A stretch of 64,000 nucleotides of DNA from an uncultured delta proteobacterium (GTDB taxonomy: Bacteria > Myxococcota > Kuafuiibacteriia > Kuafuiibacteriales > Kuafuiibacteriaceae), in assembly GCA_963803435.1 (NCBI GenBank), contig CAWDML010000009.1:1408001-1472000 (forward strand), read 5' to 3'. Below are positions 20,012-29,192 of the stretch, one piece after another. Each line of letters starts with the position of its first letter. The stretch's first letter is position 1. Under the pieces are notes generated by a model. It was not told the origin of the DNA and ran no database searches. It was given only the letters and a program-made list of their open reading frames with translations. Made by a program: the position numbers and the translations under genes.

Positions 20012-22165
20012 ATGCTTCGCCTCAACGACATCATCGAAAAAGTCCATTCGTACCACCCGAATGCGGACATCGATCTGATCAAGAAGGCGTACGTCTACTC
20101 CGCGAAGGCCCACCAAGGTCAGGTCCGGAAATCCGGTGAGCCGTACCTCGTCCACCCGCTCGAGGTCTGCGGGCTGCTCGCCGACATGCGGCTCGATGAG
20201 TTCTGCATCTGTGCCGGGATCCTGCACGACACCGTCGAGGACACGACCACCACCGTCCAGGAGCTCGAGTCGCTCTTCGGGAAGCAGGTCGCCGAGATCG
20301 TCGACGGCGTAACCAAGCTGTCCAACATTCCCTACAACACCGCCTACGAGAAGCACGCAGAGAACTTCCGCCGGATGCTCGTCGCGATGGCGAAGGACAT
20401 CCGCGTCATCCTGGTGAAGCTCGCGGATCGCCTTCACAACATGCGGACCCTGGAGCACATGGCGGCCCACAAGCAGGAGCGGATCGCCAAGGAGACGCTC
20501 GAGATCTACGCGCCGCTGGCCAACCGTCTCGGCATCTACTGGATGAAGGCGTCGCTCGAGGATCTCTGTCTCAAGTACCTCCATCCCAAGGACTGGGAGG
20601 ACATCGACCAGAAGCTGCGCCAGAACGCGAAGGTCCACGAGGGCTGGATCGAGGAGATCCGCGCCGTTTTGCAGAAGAAGATGGAGGAAGGCGGTGTTCC
20701 CTGCCAAGTGCAGGGGCGCATCAAACACGTCTACTCCATCTGGAGAAAGCTCAAGTCGCAGGGCATCGAGTTCGATCAGGTCCACGACATCATCGCGTTC
20801 CGGCTCATCACCGACAACATCGCCCACTGCTATCAGGCCCTCGGCATCTGCCACGCAGCCTGGCGTCCGGTGCCGGGTCGGTTCAAGGACCTGGTCGCGA
20901 TGCCCAAGCCGAACGGCTACAAATCGCTGCACACCACGGTGATCGGTCCCGACGTCCAGCGCGTCGAGATCCAGATCCGTACCCGCGACATGCACGAGGT
21001 CGCCGAGTTCGGGATCGCGGCGCACTGGGCCTACAAGGAGGGGAAGCCGGACACGAAGGACGATCAGTTCGGGTGGCTGCGCCAGCTGATGGAGTGGCAG
21101 AAGGAGCTGACCGATCCGACCGACTTCATCGCCACCGTCAAGGTCGACCTCTTCAGCGACGAGGTCTACGTCTTCACTCCCAAGGGTGAGGTGCGCGAGC
21201 TCAAGCGCGGCTCGACCCCGATCGACTTCGCGTACCTGATCCACACCGAGATCGGACACCACTGCGTCGGCGCCCGCGTGAACGGCCGCATCGTGCCGCT
21301 GCGCTACCGGCTGAAGAACGGCGACACGGTCGAGATCATGACCTCGCCGACGCAGCGGCCGAACAAGGACTGGCTCAACTTCGTCCAGACCGCCCGGGCG
21401 CGGGCGCGGATCAACGCCTATCTCCGCAAGGAGCAGCGGCGGCGCGCGATCGGCCTGGGCAAGGAGATCCTCGATCGCGAGTTCAAGCGCTACGGCAAGT
21501 CGCTCCAGAAGCTGCTCAAGAACGGCGAGCTGGAGCGGGCCGCCTCGCACAGCAAGTACTCGAAGGTCGACGACATGCTGGCGGCCGTCGGCTACGGCAA
21601 GCTGCGCGCGACCGACCTGGTCCAGCGCGTCCTCCCCAAGGAGCTCATCGACAAGGGCCCCAAGGAGGAGACCAAGCCGAAGACGCGCCTCGGCCAGCTC
21701 ATCGAGGCCGTCGCCAAGAAGAGCAAGTCGGGCGTGACGGTGCAGGGCATCGACGAGATGCTGGTGCGCTTCGCCAAGTGCTGCAGCCCGGTGCCGGGCG
21801 ATCCGATCGTCGGCTTCGTGACGCGCGGCCGCGGGATCACCGTACACGCGATGAACTGCCCCAAGGCGCTGCAGCTCGATCTCGAGCGCAAGGTCGAGGT
21901 GAACTGGGACAGCAAGGCGACCGTCCCGCGCTCGGTTCAGCTCAAGGTCATCACCGACGACAAGCCCGGGATCCTCGCCACCATGTCGCAGGCCTTCAGC
22001 GGCGCCGGCGTCAACATCCTCAACGCGAATTGTCGCGCGCGGAAGGACAGCCGCGCGGTGAACATGTTCATGGTCTCGATCAAGGACACGCAGCAGCTGC
22101 GGACCGTGATGAAGGCGATCGAGAACCTGGCGGGCGTGCACTCGGTCGAGCGCGTGGGCGCTTAG
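20012..22165 (+). CDS. relA: Bifunctional (p)ppGpp synthetase/hydrolase (long RSH, RelA/SpoT)
   Basis: RKSGEPY, intact HDTVED, KLADRLHNMRT, GRIKH, PKPNGYKSLHT, EIQIRT, TGS (TPIDFAY), AKCCSPVPGD, ACT domain. Confidence 0.96.
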   Translation: MLRLNDIIEKVHSYHPNADIDLIKKAYVYSAKAHQGQVRKSGEPYLVHPLEVCGLLADMRLDEFCICAGILHDTVEDTTTTVQELESLFGKQVAEIVDGVTKLSNIPYNTAYEKHAENFRRMLVAMAKDIRVILVKLADRLHNMRTLEHMAAHKQERIAKETLEIYAPLANRLGIYWMKASLEDLCLKYLHPKDWEDIDQKLRQNAKVHEGWIEEIRAVLQKKMEEGGVPCQVQGRIKHVYSIWRKLKSQGIEFDQVHDIIAFRLITDNIAHCYQALGICHAAWRPVPGRFKDLVAMPKPNGYKSLHTTVIGPDVQRVEIQIRTRDMHEVAEFGIAAHWAYKEGKPDTKDDQFGWLRQLMEWQKELTDPTDFIATVKVDLFSDEVYVFTPKGEVRELKRGSTPIDFAYLIHTEIGHHCVGARVNGRIVPLRYRLKNGDTVEIMTSPTQRPNKDWLNFVQTARARARINAYLRKEQRRRAIGLGKEILDREFKRYGKSLQKLLKNGELERAASHSKYSKVDDMLAAVGYGKLRATDLVQRVLPKELIDKGPKEETKPKTRLGQLIEAVAKKSKSGVTVQGIDEMLVRFAKCCSPVPGDPIVGFVTRGRGITVHAMNCPKALQLDLERKVEVNWDSKATVPRSVQLKVITDDKPGILATMSQAFSGAGVNILNANCRARKDSRAVNMFMVSIKDTQQLRTVMKAIENLAGVHSVERVGA

Positions 22166-22169
22166 TTTA

Positions 22170-22558
22170 GAGCCGGTCCAGAAACCGTTCCGTTCGCAGT
22201 TTGCTGTTTCGTCGTTCTGTCATCACGACCATCCGTGAGCACGTGACGCTTCACGCCTCGCTTGGCTCGATCCGTCGGGTTCGGACCGGTCAGGTCCCCC
22301 CTTTTGGAGCCTTGACGATCGCGCTGTCGAGTGAAGTCCACTTCCACTGTATGCCGCGCCTCCTGTCGTAGTACCGCAGCAGCTCAGCGAAGATCCCGGT
22401 GAAGATCCCTGCTGCGCACCATGCCGCGAATCGACTGTGGCACGTCGAACCGGAGCTGAACTCGCGCGGCAGGGCCTTCCACTGGCACCCTGTCCGAAGG
22501 CGATAGACGATACCTGCCATCACGACGCGGAACGGTCCGGAGGTTTTCGGACCGGCTC
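22170..22558 (-). mobile_element. Internally deleted IS5-family element (389 bp, non-autonomous)
   Basis: TIRs GAGCCGGTCCAGAAACC / GAGCCGGTCCGAAAACC; TTA duplication at 22167-22169 and 22559-22561; transposase remnants GIVYRLRTGCQWKALP and, after an AAAAGGGGGG shift site, GPNPTDRAKRGVKRHVLTDG. Confidence 0.88.
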
Positions 22559-22569
22559 TTAGCAGCTCG

Positions 22570-22959
22570 TTACCGGACCGCGATGGCGTCGATCTCGAAG
22601 GCGGCCCCCGCCGGGAGCGCGGCCACCGCCACCGTCGAGCGAGCCGGCTTCACCCCGCGGCTGAAGAAGCCGGCGTAGATCTCGTTCATCTTCGTGAAGT
22701 CGGCCATGTTGGTGAGGTAGACGGTGGTGCGGACCACGTCCTGCTCCGAGAGGCCTGCGGCGCCCAGCACCGCGCGCAGGTTCTCGAAGGCACAGCGCAC
22801 CTGGGCCTCGATCCCGCCGTCCACCAGCTTCATCGTGCTCGGGTCGAGCCCGACCTGGCCCGACAAAAACACCATCTCCTTGTGCTCGGTCGAGACGGCC
22901 TGGGAATAGGGGCCGATCGCTCTGGGGGCGCTGTGGCTGGTGATCTGACGCTTCGACAT
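22570..22959 (-). CDS. ridA: RidA/YjgF family enamine-imine deaminase
   Basis: APRAIGPYSQAV, FLSGQ, PARSTVAVAALP, EIDAIA. Confidence 0.92.
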   Translation of the reverse strand: MSKRQITSHSAPRAIGPYSQAVSTEHKEMVFLSGQVGLDPSTMKLVDGGIEAQVRCAFENLRAVLGAAGLSEQDVVRTTVYLTNMADFTKMNEIYAGFFSRGVKPARSTVAVAALPAGAAFEIDAIAVR

Positions 22960-22971
22960 GGCGCGCGTATA

Positions 22972-24411
22972 TCACACCCGTGCGGCGAGGATCTTGGGTC
23001 GCTTCGCACCGGTCACCAGCGCGTCGACCTCGTCGGCGGCCTGCAGCGCCGAGAGGTAAGCGCCCTCGATCCCGAGCCCGGGCAGGACGGCCGGCCCGGC
23101 GAGGAAGACGTTCTTGAGCGCCGTCTTCGTGGGCACGCCCGCGATGCCGGCGGTGGGATCGAGGTCGTGCTGGTAGAGCGGATGATCGATCTCGAGGCGC
23201 ACCGTCTCCGGATGGCCCGCGTCGAGAAACGGGATCACGCGGCTCACGCGGGCGCGCACCACCAGGTCCAGGGTCTCGTGGCGCTGGGCGTGGGCGAGGG
23301 CCGTCGACACCGGATGGAGCGCGATCAGCCGCACCCGCAGCTTGGTCACCGGCTCGACGGTGAGCCAGATCGGACGGTCCTCGCCCTCCGGATCGTTGTC
23401 GTCGAAGCGGGAGCGATCCTTTCTTCCATTCAGTAGAATCGCGTGCGACGCCAGGCCCGGCGGGATCACCTCGACGTCGGCCTCGATCCCGAGCGCCTGC
23501 AGGCGCCCGCGCGGCTTCGCCGACTGGAGCAGCAGCGCCAGCTCCTTCTTCTTCGGCGTGAACGCATCCAGCCCCGAGAGATCGCTGGAGGCGTCGATCA
23601 GGTAGTCGGCCGTGACGGTGTCGCGACGCCCGGTCAGCCGCACCTCGAGCTTCTTGCCCTCGGGCGAGACCGACTCGACCGCGGCGCGCTCCACCGTGAA
23701 GCCCTTCCGCTCCGCCAGATCGAGGAACACCTGTCGGAGCGGCCGCCCATCCTCGAAGCGGGAGAGCCCGCGCAGGAAGCGGCCCATCACGCGGGAGAAG
23801 CGGGCGACCGTCGCCTGGTCGGGACGGCGGCAGTCGAGGTGCGAGAGGAACGGCATCGGCGCGAGCAGCAGCTCCGAGATCGGGCTGTCGTCCCCGGGCG
23901 GGAGGAGGCCGCTGCCCTCGAGGCTCTGCGTGACCTCGGGGTGCTTGCGGGCGGCGGCCGAGAACGTACGGCGCGCGAAGAAGCCGGCCGGCGGGATCTC
24001 GCCCGCCTGGGCCAGGAAGTCGCCGGCACCCTGCTCGGCGGCGTCGAGGGCACCGAACACGTTGCTCAGGGCTTCGGTATGGTTCGTCAGCCAGCGGCTC
24101 ACCTCCCTGGTCAGCGCGCTGCGGTTCGCGCGGAGGTCGAGGCGGGCCTCGGGGAAGATCACCTGAAGGAGCGGAGCCAGCGCGACCGCCTTGATCTTGA
24201 GGTCCTCGCGCACCGACAGCTCGGAGTGCACCAGGGCCATCGCGACCGAGCCTTCCTCGGACGGGATCAGATCGAAGAGATCGCGCTCGAGGCTGTTGAG
24301 CTCGCCCTGATCGATCAGGAGACCGCGCAGGCCGCGCTTGGCCAACAGCGCCGCCGCGAGCGTCGCCGCCAGCCCGCCACCCACCACGATCGCCGAGTAG
24401 TGCTTCGACAC
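22972..24411 (-). CDS. FAD-dependent oxidoreductase, phytoene desaturase-like fold
   Basis: N-terminal AIVVGGGLAA Rossmann-like motif; C-terminal TALKNVFLAGPAVLPGLGIEG. Confidence 0.7.
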   Translation of the reverse strand: MSKHYSAIVVGGGLAATLAAALLAKRGLRGLLIDQGELNSLERDLFDLIPSEEGSVAMALVHSELSVREDLKIKAVALAPLLQVIFPEARLDLRANRSALTREVSRWLTNHTEALSNVFGALDAAEQGAGDFLAQAGEIPPAGFFARRTFSAAARKHPEVTQSLEGSGLLPPGDDSPISELLLAPMPFLSHLDCRRPDQATVARFSRVMGRFLRGLSRFEDGRPLRQVFLDLAERKGFTVERAAVESVSPEGKKLEVRLTGRRDTVTADYLIDASSDLSGLDAFTPKKKELALLLQSAKPRGRLQALGIEADVEVIPPGLASHAILLNGRKDRSRFDDNDPEGEDRPIWLTVEPVTKLRVRLIALHPVSTALAHAQRHETLDLVVRARVSRVIPFLDAGHPETVRLEIDHPLYQHDLDPTAGIAGVPTKTALKNVFLAGPAVLPGLGIEGAYLSALQAADEVDALVTGAKRPKILAARV

Positions 24412-24420
24412 TTGGGGACC

Positions 24421-25071
24421 TCAGAAGCCCGGGCACTCGAGCGCCGCGCCCGGCGTCTTCAGCCCCGACAGGGTTGCACGCCCGGCCGCGTCCACGTGGA
24501 GCCGGCCCTCGGCCAGCGCCCGGACCACGCCGGGGAGCAGGCGGTGCTCCTCCTCGAGGATCCGCCGGCGGAGGGTGTCGAGGTCGTCGGTCGGCAGCAC
24601 CGGAACTGCTGCTTGCGCCAGGATCGGTCCGGTGTCCACGCCCAGGTCGACGAGATGCACGGTGCACCCCGCGATCTTGACCCCGGCCTCGAGGGCCTGC
24701 TGCTGGGCGTTGACGCCGGGAAAGGCGGGGAGAAGGGCCGGGTGGACGTTGACCACGCGCCCGGCGAAGGGCTCGAGGAGGGTCCGGGTCACGACCCGCA
24801 TGAAGCCGGCGAACACCACCCACTCGGCGCCGGCGCTCCGGAGCGCGTCGAGGACCGCCTGATCGAAGGCCTCGCGCGTGGAAAAGCGGCGGTGGTCGAT
24901 CACCACGGACGGGACGTTCGCCGCGGCCGCCCGGGCCAGCGCCCCCACGCCCGGCTTGTTCACGATCAAGCGGACGATCCGGGCCGGGCCGAGCTCGGCG
25001 TCGAGCAACGCCTGGAAGTTGGTGCCGGTGCCCGACGCGAGCACCGCGATCGGTACCGTGCGCTCAGACAA
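24421..25071 (-). CDS. purN: Phosphoribosylglycinamide formyltransferase
   Basis: IAVLASGTGTNFQAL, FAGFMR, NVHPALLPAFPG, GCTVHLV, DTGPI. TTG 25071 overlaps the purM stop. Confidence 0.95.
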   Translation of the reverse strand: MSERTVPIAVLASGTGTNFQALLDAELGPARIVRLIVNKPGVGALARAAAANVPSVVIDHRRFSTREAFDQAVLDALRSAGAEWVVFAGFMRVVTRTLLEPFAGRVVNVHPALLPAFPGVNAQQQALEAGVKIAGCTVHLVDLGVDTGPILAQAAVPVLPTDDLDTLRRRILEEEHRLLPGVVRALAEGRLHVDAAGRATLSGLKTPGAALECPGF

Positions 25072-26116
25072 AGCGGACCTGCTCCTCGTCGCCTTCGCGG
25101 GCGCGGATCGTCCCGATGATCGCGGCGCGCTCGCCCGCCTCCTCGACGGCGCGCACCGCGTCGACGGCATGCTCGGGCGGGACGATCGCGATCAGGCCGA
25201 TGCCCATGTTGAAGGTGCGGAGCATCTCGGCATCATCGACCCCGCCGGCGCGCTGCACGAGGCCGAAGATCGGCGGCGCGCTCCAGGCGCTCCGATCGAT
25301 CTCGGCAGTGGCGTCGCCAGGCATGACTCGGGGAAGGTTGCCCTCGATCCCGCCGCCGGTGATGTGCGCCAGCGCCTTGACGCCCGCGGTGATCGCCGCG
25401 CGCGCGACGTCGACGTAGATCGCGGTGGGCTCCAGCATGGCGTCGCCGACGGTCGTGCCGAGCTCTGGGACGGCCTCGTCGAGACGATGCCCACCGCGCT
25501 CGAGCACCGCCTTACGGGCGAGCGAGTAGCCGTTGCTGTGCAGACCGCGCGAGATGACACCGACGCAGCGATCGCCGGGCCGCACCGAGTTGGCTCCGTC
25601 CAGGATCGAGGCGCGCTCCACCACGCCCACCGCGAAGCCCGCCAGATCGTACTCGCCCTTCGCGTACAACCCGGGGAGCTCGGCGGTCTCTCCGCCGACG
25701 AGCGCGCAGCGGGCACGCCGGCAGCCCTCGGCGATCCCGCGGACGACATCGGCCGCGACGCCCGCGTCGAGCTGGCCGGTCCCGAAGTAGTCGAGGAAGA
25801 AGAGCGGAGTGGCGCCGGTGGTGATCACGTCGTTCACGCACATCGCGACCAGGTCGATCCCGACGGTGTCGTGACGGTTCATCTCGAAGGCCAGCTTGAG
25901 CTTGGTGCCCACGCCGTCGGTGCCCGAGACGAGCACGGGATCGCGGAGGCCCGGGAGCCCGTCGGCGAGGGAGAACAGCGACGCGAAGCCCCCGATCCCG
26001 GCGAGGACACCGGGCCCGTGGGTGGTGCGGGCGATGCGCCCAATCTGCTCGACGAGACGATCCGCCTCGTCGATGTCGACACCCGATGCCTTGTACGTCA
26101 GACCGGAGCCGGTCAC
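25064..26116 (-). CDS. purM: Phosphoribosylformylglycinamidine cyclo-ligase
   Basis: YKASGVD, GTDGVGTK, DLVAMCVND, GGETAELP, GLHSNGYS, HITGGG, TFNMGIG. Confidence 0.96.
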   Translation of the reverse strand: MTGSGLTYKASGVDIDEADRLVEQIGRIARTTHGPGVLAGIGGFASLFSLADGLPGLRDPVLVSGTDGVGTKLKLAFEMNRHDTVGIDLVAMCVNDVITTGATPLFFLDYFGTGQLDAGVAADVVRGIAEGCRRARCALVGGETAELPGLYAKGEYDLAGFAVGVVERASILDGANSVRPGDRCVGVISRGLHSNGYSLARKAVLERGGHRLDEAVPELGTTVGDAMLEPTAIYVDVARAAITAGVKALAHITGGGIEGNLPRVMPGDATAEIDRSAWSAPPIFGLVQRAGGVDDAEMLRTFNMGIGLIAIVPPEHAVDAVRAVEEAGERAAIIGTIRAREGDEEQVRFV

Positions 26117-26147
26117 GGCGCCTCAGTCGATCATCGGTGGAGCACGG

Positions 26148-26390
26148 TCAAGCCGTTCCCCGGTCGTTCGCCGCCACCCAGCTGAGAAAGCGCAGCCGCT
26201 CGACCAGCTCCTTGAGCGCGATCCGCACGACCTCGTGCGCGTCATCGGTCTTGGTCAGCGCCATGGCCTCCTCGAGCAACGCGCGCTCCTCGGTCGAAAG
26301 GCCGACGGTCAATCGACCGCTCTCTCGCTCGTGGAAGCGCTCGCTGCTTCGGTCGCCGGTCTCTCGATCCACCCAGGTCACGTCCTCCAT
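26148..26390 (-). CDS. Small ribbon-helix-helix / VapB-antitoxin-like protein
   Basis: 80 aa from ATG 26390; RLTVGL...ALLEEAMALTKTDDAHEVVRIALKELVER. Confidence 0.5.
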   Translation of the reverse strand: MEDVTWVDRETGDRSSERFHERESGRLTVGLSTEERALLEEAMALTKTDDAHEVVRIALKELVERLRFLSWVAANDRGTA

Positions 26391-26481
26391 CCCTGCAGCC
26401 CTCATCCCCCGAGAAGGTGTTCGAAGTAGGATATCGGATCGTTTTGTGTCAAGGCGCACACGTGCTAAGCCCTCGAACGCG

Positions 26482-27114
26482 TTGGCGAGGCGGCACATCC
26501 CGAGGTTGGACGTCAACCCGGTCCATCCCGAGCCCCACAAGATCCGACAGGCCGCCGCGCTCCTGGAGGCGGGCCGCGTCGTGGTGTATCCAACGGACAC
26601 CATCTATGCGCTCGGGGCTGACATGCACTCGCGCACCGCGATCGACCGGCTGTACCAGCTCCGCCGCCTCGATCCCCACAAGCCGCTCTCCCTGATCTGC
26701 GGCGGGATCGCTGAGGTCGGACGGTACGCCGTGATCTCCAACGACTGCTTCCGCTTCATGAAGCGACGGCTTCCCGGGCCGTACACGCTGGTGCTGAGGG
26801 CGACGCCCGAGGCGCCCCGGATGGGCAAGTCGAAGCGCCGCGCGATCGGCTTGCGCGTCCCCGACAGCCCGGTGGCGACTGCGCTGGTCCAGGCGCTCGG
26901 GCGACCGCTGGTCTCGACCTCGGCGATCTTCGACGGCGACGCGCCCTCGGATCCGATCGTGCTGGCCGAGACGCTCGATCCACAGATCGTCGGCCTCGTC
27001 CTCGACGCCGGTCTCTTGTTTGGTGTGCCATCGACCGTGATCGACTGGACCGAAGAGGAGCCCGAGATCGTGCGCGAGGGCGCGGGCGACGTGTCTGACC
27101 TCGCGCCTCCATGA
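26482..27114 (+). CDS. Sua5/YciO/YrdC (TsaC-like) family protein
   Basis: VVVYPTDTIYALG, KPLSLIC, LPGPYT, IGLRVP, PLVSTSA, PSTVID, IVREGAG. Start taken as TTG 26482. Confidence 0.88.
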   Translation: MARRHIPRLDVNPVHPEPHKIRQAAALLEAGRVVVYPTDTIYALGADMHSRTAIDRLYQLRRLDPHKPLSLICGGIAEVGRYAVISNDCFRFMKRRLPGPYTLVLRATPEAPRMGKSKRRAIGLRVPDSPVATALVQALGRPLVSTSAIFDGDAPSDPIVLAETLDPQIVGLVLDAGLLFGVPSTVIDWTEEEPEIVREGAGDVSDLAPP

Positions 27115-29192
27115 TACCGTCCCCCAGCGTGCTCGAAGTGCCCGAGGAAGGCCTCCCGAGCGACTTCGGGAAGTATCGGCTCGACAAGCGCATCGCGACC
27201 GGCGGCATGGCCGAGATCTTTCTGGCCCATCGGAAGGACCAGGAGAGCGAGCCGCTGGTCATCAAGCGGATCCTGCCGCACCTGGTGAAGACCAGCGAGT
27301 TCGTCTCGATGCTCCTGGACGAGGCGCGGATCGCGGCCCAGCTCAAACACCCCAACATCGTCGAGATCTTCGACGTCGGTCAGATCGACGGCGCGTACTA
27401 CATCGCGATGGAATACGTGCACGGCGAGGACATCCGCCGGATCTACAACCGCGCGTACAAGCTCCAGCGCTCGCTGCCGCTGTCGCACTCGATCACCGTC
27501 ATCGCCGACGCCGCCAAGGGCCTCGGCTTCGCGCACAAGCTCACCGACACCATCACCGGTCGGCCGACCGGCGTGGTCCATCGCGATGTCTCGCCGCAGA
27601 ACATCCTGGTGACCTACGAGGGCGGCGTGAAGGTGGTCGACTTCGGGATCGCGAAGGCGGCCAACAAGGTGGCGCAGACCCGCGCCGGCGTGCTCAAGGG
27701 CAAGTACAGCTACATGTCGCCGGAGCAGGCGCTCGGCGATCCCATCGACCACAAGACGGACATCTTCGCCCTCGGCATCATCCTCTACGAAACCACCACC
27801 GGCACGCGGCTCTTCAAGCGCCACAACGAGCTGGCGACGCTCCAGGCCATCATCAAGTGCGAGTTCGTCCCGCCGAGCGAGGCGCTCCCCGGCTATCCTC
27901 CGGATCTCGAGCGGATCCTCCTCCGCGCGCTGGAGAAGCATCCGAGCGATCGCTACGACGACGCCGAGGAGTTCTCGCGCGATCTCTTCGGCTTCCTCCG
28001 GCAGTCGGGGCTGTACGTCGAGCGCACGGTGATCTCCGACTTCATGCACGACCTCTTCGAGGATCGGATCGAGGAGGCGGAGGGCACCGGGCGGCCGGCG
28101 CTCCCCAGCCCGGAGGAGGTCAAGGAGGAGATGCGGGACGGCACCACGCCGATGCGATCCCATCCCGAGCTGCCGCCGAAGCTCGACGAAGAGGATCAGG
28201 GCGAGCCCGACCGCACGGTGGACGATCAGGACCCGCCCCCGGGCTTCGCGATCGCCGCGGACGAGCGCTCCTCCACCGTACCCGAGGACGACCTCGAGCA
28301 CTCGGATCTGCTCCCTGAGAAGCGTAAGCGCACCGAGGTCATCCGGCCCGGGCGCGAGCCGGTGCTGGGCGAGGTGCGGCCGCCGCCCGACCAGGCGCCG
28401 ACCATCGCCGCCCAGCCGATTCTCGATCTGGCGCCGGGCGGCGTCACGCTGGTGCCGAAGGAAGACGTGCCTCCGGAGCGTTCGCTCACCGACTACAAGC
28501 GCGGCGAGCGGACGGAGCAGGTGCGGCTGCGGCAGAAGGCCGAGCCCCGCCGGCGGGCCCGCGACGCGACGGACCAGGAGCTGCCCCCGAGCGAGGAGAG
28601 CACCCTCCGCCGCGTCCTGGTGCCGGTCGCGGTGGTGGGCGGCGCCATCGCCATCGCGATCCTGGCCGGGATCCTCGCCAGCAAGCTCTTCACCCAGCGC
28701 CGGATCGACGAGCCGATCTCACCCGTTCCGCCGGTCGTCGCGTCTGATCCCACCGGTCGGGTCGGGCTCCTCACGGAGCCGGGGGCGTCGATCTACGCGA
28801 ACGGCGAGCTCCTCGGCGTCGCCGGCGCCACCGGGGAGGCAGGTCCGTTCAGCGTGAAGGCGGGGCCGGTCCTGGTGCGCGTGGCGAACGACTCGGTGGG
28901 GTTCGAGCGGGAGCGCGAGGTCAACATCGAGGCCGGCCAGAACTACCAGTTCGAGATCCGCGCGCGGCAAGGCTGGTTGCGGCTGGCGATCGCGCCCTGG
29001 GCGCGCGTGGCGATCGACGGCAAGGATCTGGGGCTCACACCCCTGCCCAAGGTCTCGCTCTACGAGGGCGTGCACCAGGTGGCGCTGGAGAATCCGGATG
29101 TGAAGCGCCGCTACGTCACCACGGCGCGCATCGTCGCCGGCGAGCTGACCGAGCTGAAGGTCAACCTCGAGGACGTCGGCGAACGCATGTGA
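27111..29192 (+). CDS. Hanks-type Ser/Thr protein kinase with TM helix and two PEGA-like domains
   Basis: ATGGMAE, HRDVSPQN, DFGIAK, GKYSYMSPEQ; close paralog of the kinase at 4908. Confidence 0.92.
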   Translation: MIPSPSVLEVPEEGLPSDFGKYRLDKRIATGGMAEIFLAHRKDQESEPLVIKRILPHLVKTSEFVSMLLDEARIAAQLKHPNIVEIFDVGQIDGAYYIAMEYVHGEDIRRIYNRAYKLQRSLPLSHSITVIADAAKGLGFAHKLTDTITGRPTGVVHRDVSPQNILVTYEGGVKVVDFGIAKAANKVAQTRAGVLKGKYSYMSPEQALGDPIDHKTDIFALGIILYETTTGTRLFKRHNELATLQAIIKCEFVPPSEALPGYPPDLERILLRALEKHPSDRYDDAEEFSRDLFGFLRQSGLYVERTVISDFMHDLFEDRIEEAEGTGRPALPSPEEVKEEMRDGTTPMRSHPELPPKLDEEDQGEPDRTVDDQDPPPGFAIAADERSSTVPEDDLEHSDLLPEKRKRTEVIRPGREPVLGEVRPPPDQAPTIAAQPILDLAPGGVTLVPKEDVPPERSLTDYKRGERTEQVRLRQKAEPRRRARDATDQELPPSEESTLRRVLVPVAVVGGAIAIAILAGILASKLFTQRRIDEPISPVPPVVASDPTGRVGLLTEPGASIYANGELLGVAGATGEAGPFSVKAGPVLVRVANDSVGFEREREVNIEAGQNYQFEIRARQGWLRLAIAPWARVAIDGKDLGLTPLPKVSLYEGVHQVALENPDVKRRYVTTARIVAGELTELKVNLEDVGERM

